A DNA stretch of 32,000 nt, taken from the NCBI RefSeq assembly GCF_000170855.1, contig NZ_ABCQ01000035.1:1-32000 (forward strand), read 5' to 3'. Every line of letters begins with the position of its first letter. The stretch's first letter is position 1. Below, one piece after another: positions 24,462-32,000 of the stretch. The notes under the pieces are model-generated. The model saw only the letters and a program-made list of their open reading frames with translations. It was not told the origin of the DNA and did not search any database. The position numbers and the translations under genes were made by a program. Origin of the DNA: Moritella sp. PE36. Lineage in GTDB: Bacteria; Pseudomonadota; Gammaproteobacteria; Enterobacterales; Moritellaceae.

Positions 24462-26960
24462 TCAAGCATTAAGTGGCATTAGCTTCCAAATATCTTGATT
24501 GTATTCATTAATTGTTCGGTCACTTGAGAACGAGCCACTTGCTGCGGTATTCAAAATACTTAATCGTGTCCAAGCTTCTTTATCTTGATAGGTGAGGGCT
24601 GCGACTTGTTGTGCTTCGCAATAGCTCGCGAAATCGTGTGCAACTAACCATTGATCATATGGATTCAAAATAGCGTCGATTAACGGTTGGAATAGCCCAC
24701 CCTCAAACAAGTTGAAATGTCCGCTGCGAAGTAATTTCATTACGTTATTTAGCTTGCTGTCATTAGCAATGATGTGTGCAGGATCATAGTGTGCACGGAT
24801 ATCTGCTACTTGCTCGCTGCGAGCGCCAAATAAGAAGAAATTATCAGCACCTACGGCATCTCTGATCTCGACATTGGCACCGTCTAACGTCCCGATAGTG
24901 GCAGCGCCATTCATCATGAACTTCATGTTGCCTGTACCCGATGCTTCTTTACCTGCCGTTGATATCTGTTCTGATAAATCCGTTGCTGCGCAGATTGTTT
25001 CCATTGCAGTGACGTTGTAATTTGGCAAGAAGGCCACACGTAACCAAGGCTGTGCTAGCGGATCGGCATTAATTGTTGCTGCAACGTTGTTGATTAATTT
25101 GATTGTTAACTTAGCAATGAAGTAACCCGGCGCAGCTTTACCACCAATTAATACACAACGTGGTGTCATACCTTCGGTATCACCGCGACGGATGCGATCA
25201 TAAAGATGGATAACATGCAGAATATTAAGTAATTGACGTTTGTATTCGTGCATACGCTTAACTTGTACGTCAAACATCATGTTGGTATCGAATTCAACAC
25301 CACATGCTTGTTTTACTAAGTCGGCAAGTTGCTGTTTGTTTTGCTGCTTAACGTCTTGCCATTTAGCATGGAATTTGGTGTTGTCGTAATAGCGACGCAG
25401 CTTGCTTATTTCACTTAGATCACGCGTCCAATTATTACCAATTTTATCGCTAATTAGTTCACTCAGTTTTGGATTGCAATGTGCTAACCAACGACGAGGC
25501 GTTACACCGTTGGTTTTGTTGTTAAATTTGTTTGGCGTCAACTGATAGAAGTCATTGAATAAACCCGCGCTTAATAACTGGGTATGCAATGCCGCCACAC
25601 CATTAACCGAGAAGCTACCCACAATGGCGAGATAAGCCATGCGTACTTGTGGCTCGTCACCTTCTTCGATAATGGATAAAGCGCGTTGCTTATCAACATC
25701 ACCTGGCCAATGACACGCAACTTCCGTTAAGAATCGCGCGTTGATTTCATAAATGATCTCAAGTAGGCGAGGTAATAGGTGTGCGAATAAACGTACCGAC
25801 CATTTTTCCAATGCTTCTGGCAATAAGGTATGGTTGGTGTAAGCCATCGTAGATGTGGTGATCTGCCAGGCAAAGTCCCAATCCAGATCATGTTCATCGA
25901 GTAATAAACGCATTAACTCAGCAACCGCCACACTTGGGTGGGTATCGTTAAGTTGGAATACGTGGTACTTAGCAAAATCAGTAAAATCACTGCCGTGTAC
26001 TTTTACCCATTCAGCCAGAATGTCTTGTAAGCTGGCAGACGTCAGAAAGTATTGCTGACGTAAACGTAGCTCTTTACCATTTTCACTGGCGTCATTTGGG
26101 TAAAGTACCATGGTAATTTGTTCAGCTAAGTTTTTACGGGCAACGGCTTCGGTATAACTACCGGCGTTGAATTCACCGAGATCAAACTCGTCTGTCGCCG
26201 CTGATTTCCACAGACGTAACGTATTAACGATATCATTTTGATACCCTGGAACGGGTACATCATATGGCACAGCAAGTACATCTTCGGTACCTATCCACTG
26301 GTGATGGGTGCGGCCTTCTTTATCTTGATAAGTATCAACATGACCAAAGAATTTAACTCTGCGGTTATGCTCAGGTGCAGCAACTTCCCACGGGTGACCA
26401 TCACGTAACCAGTTATCTGGATGTTCGACTTGATGACCATTTTCGATGCTTTGATTAAACATACCGTATTCATAACGAATACCATAACCAGTGACAGGTA
26501 ATGCTAAGCTAGCACAACTATCAAGGAAGCAAGCCGCCAGTCGACCCAGACCACCATTGCCTAAACCCGCATCGTGTTCTGACTCGGCGATTGATTCTAA
26601 TTCACAGCTGTAATGGTTCAGGCCTTTACGTACACTGTCTTCTAAATCAAGGTTTAGAACTGCATTACCCAAAGCGCGACCCATCAAGAATTCTAATGAA
26701 AGATAAGCGGCACGGCGAGTCGGTTGCTTCTGCTGTTGTTTCTTCGTTGCACGTGATTTTTCCATCAAACGGTCACGGATTGTTAATGCCAGTGCGTGAT
26801 ATAAATATTGTGGGGATTCACCGACTTCATCGCGGCCAAGGGTATAATGGAAATGACGCTTTAAATCATCAGGCAAGGTGCTGGCATTAACCACTGGCCC
26901 ATTGTTTGTCGCTAACGTGCAAACTTTGTTTGCTTTAGACTTTTGTTTCTTTAATGACAT
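24462..26960 (-). CDS. glgP: glycogen/maltodextrin phosphorylase (GT35)
   Basis: 832 aa. AYLSLEFLMGRAL, GLGNGGLGRLAACFLDS, and the PLP-site region EISTAGKEASGTGNMKFMMNGA. AAGGA SD. Confidence 0.92.
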   Translation of the reverse strand: MSLKKQKSKANKVCTLATNNGPVVNASTLPDDLKRHFHYTLGRDEVGESPQYLYHALALTIRDRLMEKSRATKKQQQKQPTRRAAYLSLEFLMGRALGNAVLNLDLEDSVRKGLNHYSCELESIAESEHDAGLGNGGLGRLAACFLDSCASLALPVTGYGIRYEYGMFNQSIENGHQVEHPDNWLRDGHPWEVAAPEHNRRVKFFGHVDTYQDKEGRTHHQWIGTEDVLAVPYDVPVPGYQNDIVNTLRLWKSAATDEFDLGEFNAGSYTEAVARKNLAEQITMVLYPNDASENGKELRLRQQYFLTSASLQDILAEWVKVHGSDFTDFAKYHVFQLNDTHPSVAVAELMRLLLDEHDLDWDFAWQITTSTMAYTNHTLLPEALEKWSVRLFAHLLPRLLEIIYEINARFLTEVACHWPGDVDKQRALSIIEEGDEPQVRMAYLAIVGSFSVNGVAALHTQLLSAGLFNDFYQLTPNKFNNKTNGVTPRRWLAHCNPKLSELISDKIGNNWTRDLSEISKLRRYYDNTKFHAKWQDVKQQNKQQLADLVKQACGVEFDTNMMFDVQVKRMHEYKRQLLNILHVIHLYDRIRRGDTEGMTPRCVLIGGKAAPGYFIAKLTIKLINNVAATINADPLAQPWLRVAFLPNYNVTAMETICAATDLSEQISTAGKEASGTGNMKFMMNGAATIGTLDGANVEIRDAVGADNFFLFGARSEQVADIRAHYDPAHIIANDSKLNNVMKLLRSGHFNLFEGGLFQPLIDAILNPYDQWLVAHDFASYCEAQQVAALTYQDKEAWTRLSILNTAASGSFSSDRTINEYNQDIWKLMPLNA

Positions 26961-26990
26961 ATAACGTCCTTTATTATGACATTTGGGCTA

Positions 26991-27012
26991 CAACCGAGCC
27001 GCAACTCGGTTG
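26991..27012 (-). other. intercistronic hairpin between glgB and glgP
   Basis: CAACCGAG-CCGCAA-CTCGGTTG: 8-bp stem with no U-tract. Sits in the 62-nt glgB-glgP spacer. Confidence 0.35.
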
Positions 27013-27022
27013 CCTATTTATG

Positions 27023-29284
27023 CTATTTGGTGTTTCGTGCACAGCTATTTGTTTTGGGTACTAAGTACACGGTTGATAACGGCGGCAGGGCGATACAAAT
27101 ACTTTGGGTAAAACCTTGCCATTCAACGTACTCTGCGATGTAACTTGTCTGGGTTGCAAAACCACTGCCGCCAAATTGCGTATCATCGGTATTAACGAGC
27201 ACGTCATAGTCACCAAGACTTGGGACACCAATGCGGTAATTTGACTGGCATGCAGGGGTCATATTCGATACCACGACAACATGTTCATCTTTGGCTTTGT
27301 TATAACGTAAGAAACTAAACACAGACTGTTCGGCGTTACTGGCGTCAATCCAATCAAAACCTTGGTGATCAGTGTCTAACTCAAATAAGGCAGTTTGATG
27401 ACAGTAACTGTTATTTAATGCTTTTATGAGAGCTTGCACACCTTGATGCTCAGATTGCGCAAGTAAATGCCAGTCCAGCGATTGGTTATGATTCCATTCT
27501 GCACGTTGAGCAAATTCACAGCCCATAAACAGCAACTTTTTACCTGGGTGTGCCCACATGAAACCGTAATAAGCACGTAAATTAGCAAATTTTTGCCAAT
27601 CATCACCGGGCATCTTCTCGAGCAGTGAACCTTTGCCGTGTACCACTTCGTCGTGACTTAGCGGCAAGATAAAGTTTTCACTAAATGCGTATGCTAATGA
27701 GAAGGTCATCTCGTGATGATGATGTTGGCGATAGAGTGGGTCACAACTCATGTATTCTAAGCTGTCGTTCATCCAACCCATATTCCATTTGTAACCAAAA
27801 CCCAGACCGCCTTGGTCGGTAAAATTGGTCACACCTGGCCAAGCGGTTGATTCTTCTGCGACCATCATGATGCCAGGGTGGTTTTTGTAGCAGCGTTGAT
27901 TCACTTGTTTGAGTAATTCAATCGCCCCTAGGTTTTCTCTGCCGCCATATTTGTTCGGGATCCATTCACCTTCTTTGCGGCTGTAATCGAGATACAACAT
28001 AGAGGCCACAGCATCAACACGCAGACCATCAATGGCAAAGTTATCAAACCAAGCCAGCGCATTTGAAATTAAAAAGCTTCGTACTTCAGCGCGATCATAA
28101 TTAAATATGTGGGTTTTCCAATCGGGATGAAAGCCTTGGCGTTTATCTGCGTGTTCAAACAGGTGTGAGCCATCAAACTGTGCTAAACCATGGGCATCTG
28201 CAGGGAAGTGTCCTGGCACCCAATCGATTAATAAGCCGATGTTGGCCTCGTGACAAGCATCAACAAAAAATTGGAAATCAGTCAAACTACCAAAACGACT
28301 GGTTGGTGCGAATAAACCAACAGGTTGATAACCCCACGAACCATCAAATGGAAACTCACTGATTGGCATTAATTGAATATGGGTAAAACCAAGTTCTTTT
28401 ACATAAGGCACAAGCTGTTCAGACATGGCTTGGTAGCTTAAGAAATGGTTGTTCTCATCACGTTTCCATGAACCTGCATGCACTTCATAAATACTTATTG
28501 GAGCATTGGTCGCATTGCGTTCTGCACGCTGTGCCCACGCTTGTGCTGGAGATTGTTGCCATACTGCAGATCGTGCTTTGGTTGGTACGCATGACGCTGT
28601 TTGTGGCGGTAGTTGCATTGATGATGCGAACGGATCCGCTTTTTCTAAACGCTCACCATTTTCGGTAATAATGCTAAATTTATAATTGTTATCGTGTTCA
28701 GAGTCTGCGATATCAGCAATAAAGATTTCCCAAATACCGGCACCAGGGTGCTTACGCATCGGATGACGTGTTGTATTCCAATGGTTAAAGTTACCAATTA
28801 AGCTTACTGAAGCCGCGTTAGGAGCCCAAACTGTAAAGCGTACGCCTTCAACATTATTCGTGATCGTCCAATGCGCACCTAGATGACGTTGTGCTTGCTC
28901 TAACGTACCTTCGTTAAATAAGTAAACGGCGTTGGCATCAAGTGTCGATGAGAATTTATAAGGGTCTTGCTCGACAAGCGTTGCAAATGGATAGGCGATC
29001 GTTAATTGATAATCTGCATTGTATTGCTTGGTTGTTAGGCTAAGGACAAACAGATCACTGGTACCGATACGTTGATAACGTAACTGCTGGTTTTTGTCTT
29101 GATAAAAAACTTGCTGTGCACCGGGGATGAATACTTTGAGTTCGTACTCATCTTCACTTACTTGGTGTGGACCTAAAAAAGCAAACGGGTCATAGAGTTT
29201 ACCTTGGTTAAGGGCATCTATTTCATGGTTAAAGCGATGTTCAAAACGAGTCGCTATTGCTGGTGTAGTCGAAATGTCACTCAT
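27023..29284 (-). CDS. glgB: 1,4-alpha-glucan branching enzyme
   Basis: 753 aa. GH13 motifs (DWVPGHF, GLRVDAVASMLY, MVAEESTAWPG, LPLSHDEVVHGK) and an N-terminal CBM48-like region. Confidence 0.92.
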   Translation of the reverse strand: MSDISTTPAIATRFEHRFNHEIDALNQGKLYDPFAFLGPHQVSEDEYELKVFIPGAQQVFYQDKNQQLRYQRIGTSDLFVLSLTTKQYNADYQLTIAYPFATLVEQDPYKFSSTLDANAVYLFNEGTLEQAQRHLGAHWTITNNVEGVRFTVWAPNAASVSLIGNFNHWNTTRHPMRKHPGAGIWEIFIADIADSEHDNNYKFSIITENGERLEKADPFASSMQLPPQTASCVPTKARSAVWQQSPAQAWAQRAERNATNAPISIYEVHAGSWKRDENNHFLSYQAMSEQLVPYVKELGFTHIQLMPISEFPFDGSWGYQPVGLFAPTSRFGSLTDFQFFVDACHEANIGLLIDWVPGHFPADAHGLAQFDGSHLFEHADKRQGFHPDWKTHIFNYDRAEVRSFLISNALAWFDNFAIDGLRVDAVASMLYLDYSRKEGEWIPNKYGGRENLGAIELLKQVNQRCYKNHPGIMMVAEESTAWPGVTNFTDQGGLGFGYKWNMGWMNDSLEYMSCDPLYRQHHHHEMTFSLAYAFSENFILPLSHDEVVHGKGSLLEKMPGDDWQKFANLRAYYGFMWAHPGKKLLFMGCEFAQRAEWNHNQSLDWHLLAQSEHQGVQALIKALNNSYCHQTALFELDTDHQGFDWIDASNAEQSVFSFLRYNKAKDEHVVVVSNMTPACQSNYRIGVPSLGDYDVLVNTDDTQFGGSGFATQTSYIAEYVEWQGFTQSICIALPPLSTVYLVPKTNSCARNTK

Positions 29285-29317
29285 GATCCATCCTGGATTA
29301 AACGTATTGTTAGCTAT

Positions 29318-29638
29318 TTATGCAGTACGTAATGTAGATACAACGCTGTTATCAGTACCGAAAGAATTGGGTAAGTATAAGTCTGCTTTATGATCGTTAT
29401 GCCACTCGTTACTGTTAATTAAGTAGCGGAAGTGAAACTGTTTGTTTTCTGGCAAACGAACCTTAGTGCGAAAGACTTTCTCTTTTTTGATGTATTTCAT
29501 TGGTAAGGCCTGCCAATCATTAAAATCAGCAAACAACTCAACGGTATCGTCACTCATTAACGCGTTATTCGTGTCGCAGGCGAGTTCAAACGTGATATCG
29601 GCTTCGGCTTTGGTTTTAAAAAAACGCTTTTTTAACAT
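29318..29638 (-). CDS. stand-alone CBM48 / AMPK-beta-like glycogen-binding (early-set) domain protein
   Basis: 106 aa. VELFADFNDWQALPMKYIKKEKVFRTKVRLPENKQFHFRYLINSNEWHNDHKADLYLPNSFGTDNSVV follows the CBM48 pattern (GxFNxW...M...F...L..G.Y.YKF.VDG.W..D......N.FG..NSV). AGGAAG SD. 33 nt upstream of glgB on the same strand. Confidence 0.7.
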   Translation of the reverse strand: MLKKRFFKTKAEADITFELACDTNNALMSDDTVELFADFNDWQALPMKYIKKEKVFRTKVRLPENKQFHFRYLINSNEWHNDHKADLYLPNSFGTDNSVVSTLRTA

Positions 29639-30151
29639 TGTATCTTCCTTGTTATATGTCGTAGCTCTAATAACTTAAGCCAAGTTTCGTTTACGTACCA
29701 AAATTTAGATTCACTATCTAAATGGGTATTCATATGTAGGTATTATCGTCGGTTTTGGAGCTTGTTTAAAGTGTTTAAAAGATGCTTTGCGATCGGCGTC
29801 ACACTTGATGTCTTTCATTCGTAACTAATGGTCGTTTCTTATGTATGGGTAACGATTTCTATTTATTCTAATTTAAAATTAACCAATTAGTAATACTTTT
29901 TGTCTGGACGGATGAGTAAAATACTTGCCGCTACAACCTAATATCATCGTAGATTTAGTTCTAAGTAGCATAGTTTTTAACCACTAGGATCATGTGGCCA
30001 ATATATGCGGTCATTTATTTAATGGTTTATAAAATAACGGATAAATCGGTGTCGATTGGTCTTTATTTCTATAACCTAATATGCGGAGTGCTATTTAAAG
30101 GTTATTCTATCGCGAAGTTTAATAAGAATTTTATTTATGGGTTGGCAAGGC

Positions 30152-32000
30152 ATGCGTACGGTTTCATTTCGCTGGTATATCTCAGGTATATTTCTTTCTA
30201 TTGCATCCTTACTCAGTGCTGTTCTTATTTATGTCAGCGTACAACATTCCCAAGCTGTTTCAGTGTCGTTATCCAAAGACATTGTCAAAAATTATTCTAA
30301 TGAACTGAAAGTTGAATTAGATGAATTATCCAAGCCACTCATTACCATGCTTAACACTTTGGCCATTTCAGGTTTTACTGCCGCTGAATTTTATGAGCCG
30401 TCGGTCCATTGGCTTGAGATGCTGGACATGTTGTTAGCTAAAAATAAACACATTGCTTCGTTTTATTTTGGTGCTAACAATGGTAATTCTTATTTTGTCC
30501 GCGCTATGTACAAGCAAGATATAAAAACACGTTATTCTGCCCCTGATACGACGGTTCTTATGTTGGAGATTAACCGTAATAATGGCCAGCAGCAGCAACT
30601 GTTCTTTGATCACAAAATGCGACGTATTGGCTCGAAACGATCACATAGTGCCTATTATGATCCGCGTACCCGCCCTTGGTTTAAAAACGCCAGCGCTGAT
30701 ATGAATATTCATATGGCAGAACCTTACGCATTTTATTTCTCGCGTAAAATTGGTATTACATTTTCGAGAATGATGAAAAATAAGCAAGGTGTGATCGCCG
30801 TTGATTTTACTTTAGATTCACTCACGCAAATAATTAAAAAAATGGAGTATTCCAACAACTCTAAAGTATTATTATTAACTGAATCAAAACGTATTATTTC
30901 CAGTAATCAAGATTTAGCGCTCATCAATGGCGAACGGCTATTCACCGCGGAAGAACTGGAGATCGCAGATTTTTTACCTGATTTTAATCACATTAAACTA
31001 GAGCAAACCTTATTTAGTACCATATTTTGGCAAGACCAAGATTGGGAACTGGTGGTGACGCCACTCGAAATTAGCAGTAAAGATGTGTTGTACTTAGTTA
31101 ATTTTGTGGCTTATAAAGATCTATTATATAGATCGTCAATATTACGTGATGAACTGATTATTATTTCTTTAATTACGGTGATTATCGCTTTTCTTATTAT
31201 CCTGATAATGACAGGCAAGATAGCGAAGCCATTGACTTATTTAACTCAGTCAGTTGAAAACATTCAACGTTTTAGTTTTAAGCGTAAGGCCTATAAAAAA
31301 TCAAATATCAGTGATGTGAATGAACTGAATGAAGCCATGAATCTGATGGAAAATGCGTTAGTTGATTTCTTCCAAAACCTCAGAGATATCGCGCGTACTT
31401 CAGAGCCTGAACAGCTATCAACATCTATCGTCACGCAGGTAAAACAAATCCTTGCTTGTGACGCATGCCAATTATTTGTTAATACACCTTCTGACCGCCA
31501 ATTATTTAAGATGACTGCTAACTCAGAAGCGGGTGACAGCTTTAACATACAAGCACTTTATAATCACCACCACGCTATTTTGACTGAATCAATCTATGAG
31601 CTAAAACGAAAAGACAGCAAAATATTGTTTGCTGATACGCACTGTAAAACCGGGTTTATTATACCTTTATTGAATCGTGCTGATATACACATTGGCGTGT
31701 TAGTTATTGGCTTTGCAGCTGGTATCAAAGATTATTCACGTAACCGCATACACTTTGTTAGAGAGTTTTTAGCTTTTAATGAAATTGTTCTCGAACAACT
31801 TGAACAAGAGCATGAGCAGCGTGCGTTATTTCATTCATTTGTGGAAATGATGGCAACGTCTGTAGATATCAAGTCACCTTATACAGGAGCCCATTGCCAG
31901 CGTGTGCCTAAAATTACTAAAATGATCGCAAAAGCGGCTGAGCAAGATACCCAAGCATTCAATGAGTTTTCATTAACTGAGGATGGTTGGGAGGAGTTAT
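30152..32000 (+). CDS. membrane sensor: dCache-HAMP-GAF-HD(-GYP)-type signalling protein, 3' partial
   Basis: Not in the ORF track because no stop is reached. My own translation: MRTVSFRWYISGIFLSIASLLSAVLIYV (TM1); periplasmic Cache-like region with YDPRTRPWFKNA; TM2 IIISLITVIIAFLIILIM; HAMP-like IAKPLTYLTQSVENIQ; GAF-like region; then ALFHSFVEMMATSVDIKSPYTGAHCQRVPKITKMIA, typical of the start of HD-GYP/HD domains. An alternative in-frame ATG lies at 30137. Confidence 0.75.
   Translation, partial: MRTVSFRWYISGIFLSIASLLSAVLIYVSVQHSQAVSVSLSKDIVKNYSNELKVELDELSKPLITMLNTLAISGFTAAEFYEPSVHWLEMLDMLLAKNKHIASFYFGANNGNSYFVRAMYKQDIKTRYSAPDTTVLMLEINRNNGQQQQLFFDHKMRRIGSKRSHSAYYDPRTRPWFKNASADMNIHMAEPYAFYFSRKIGITFSRMMKNKQGVIAVDFTLDSLTQIIKKMEYSNNSKVLLLTESKRIISSNQDLALINGERLFTAEELEIADFLPDFNHIKLEQTLFSTIFWQDQDWELVVTPLEISSKDVLYLVNFVAYKDLLYRSSILRDELIIISLITVIIAFLIILIMTGKIAKPLTYLTQSVENIQRFSFKRKAYKKSNISDVNELNEAMNLMENALVDFFQNLRDIARTSEPEQLSTSIVTQVKQILACDACQLFVNTPSDRQLFKMTANSEAGDSFNIQALYNHHHAILTESIYELKRKDSKILFADTHCKTGFIIPLLNRADIHIGVLVIGFAAGIKDYSRNRIHFVREFLAFNEIVLEQLEQEHEQRALFHSFVEMMATSVDIKSPYTGAHCQRVPKITKMIAKAAEQDTQAFNEFSLTEDGWEEL

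Noticed and set aside
29992-30300. 102-aa + strand ORF overlapping the start of the sensor gene
   Set aside because: It is out of frame with, and overlapped by, the far longer domain-bearing sensor ORF starting at 30152. Its AT-rich, Cys/Phe/Tyr-rich composition is typical of a non-coding frame.

Overview
AT-rich gammaproteobacterial chromosomal window. Gene content looks like a marine Alteromonadales-type organism, but I cannot verify the taxon. (1) 1-6.4 kb holds single-gene units: a hypothetical ORF, a divergent MarR/MFS efflux pair with palindromic operators, a CBS-pair protein, a TM2-domain protein, a Tus (replication terminus-binding) homologue and a GST. (2) 6.4-19.7 kb is a decayed accessory stretch. 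It holds a 3' fragment of a tyrosine recombinase, an RhlE-like DEAD-box helicase, and about 2 kb of ORF-poor DNA containing a shattered IS1595-family transposase. Next comes a ~5.8 kb giant repeat lipoprotein/adhesin gene (13 x 252-bp Ig-like units, 10 x 132-bp WG/GGD units, Ca-binding tail) whose frame breaks exactly at a G9 homopolymer. It is followed by an ORF-free, hairpin-rich segment with a VCR-like attC site, a six-bladed YWTD propeller gene inactivated by one TGG->TAG change, and two integron-type cassettes (VOC protein, truncated GFA protein). Each cassette is followed by an attC-like site and no intI is present, so the cluster is CALIN-like. (3) 19.8-29.6 kb holds a second RhlE-like helicase and a minus-strand glycogen cluster: CBM48 protein-glgB-glgP-glgC, an intrinsic terminator, then glgA. 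There is no glgX. (4) From 30.15 kb to the end is a 3'-partial dCache-HAMP-GAF-HD(-GYP) sensor. I found no rRNA, tRNA or CRISPR array. The best candidates for something new are the homopolymer-switched giant adhesin, the integrase-less attC/cassette remnants, and an unassigned family of GGCTTAG/CTAAGCC hairpin repeats.
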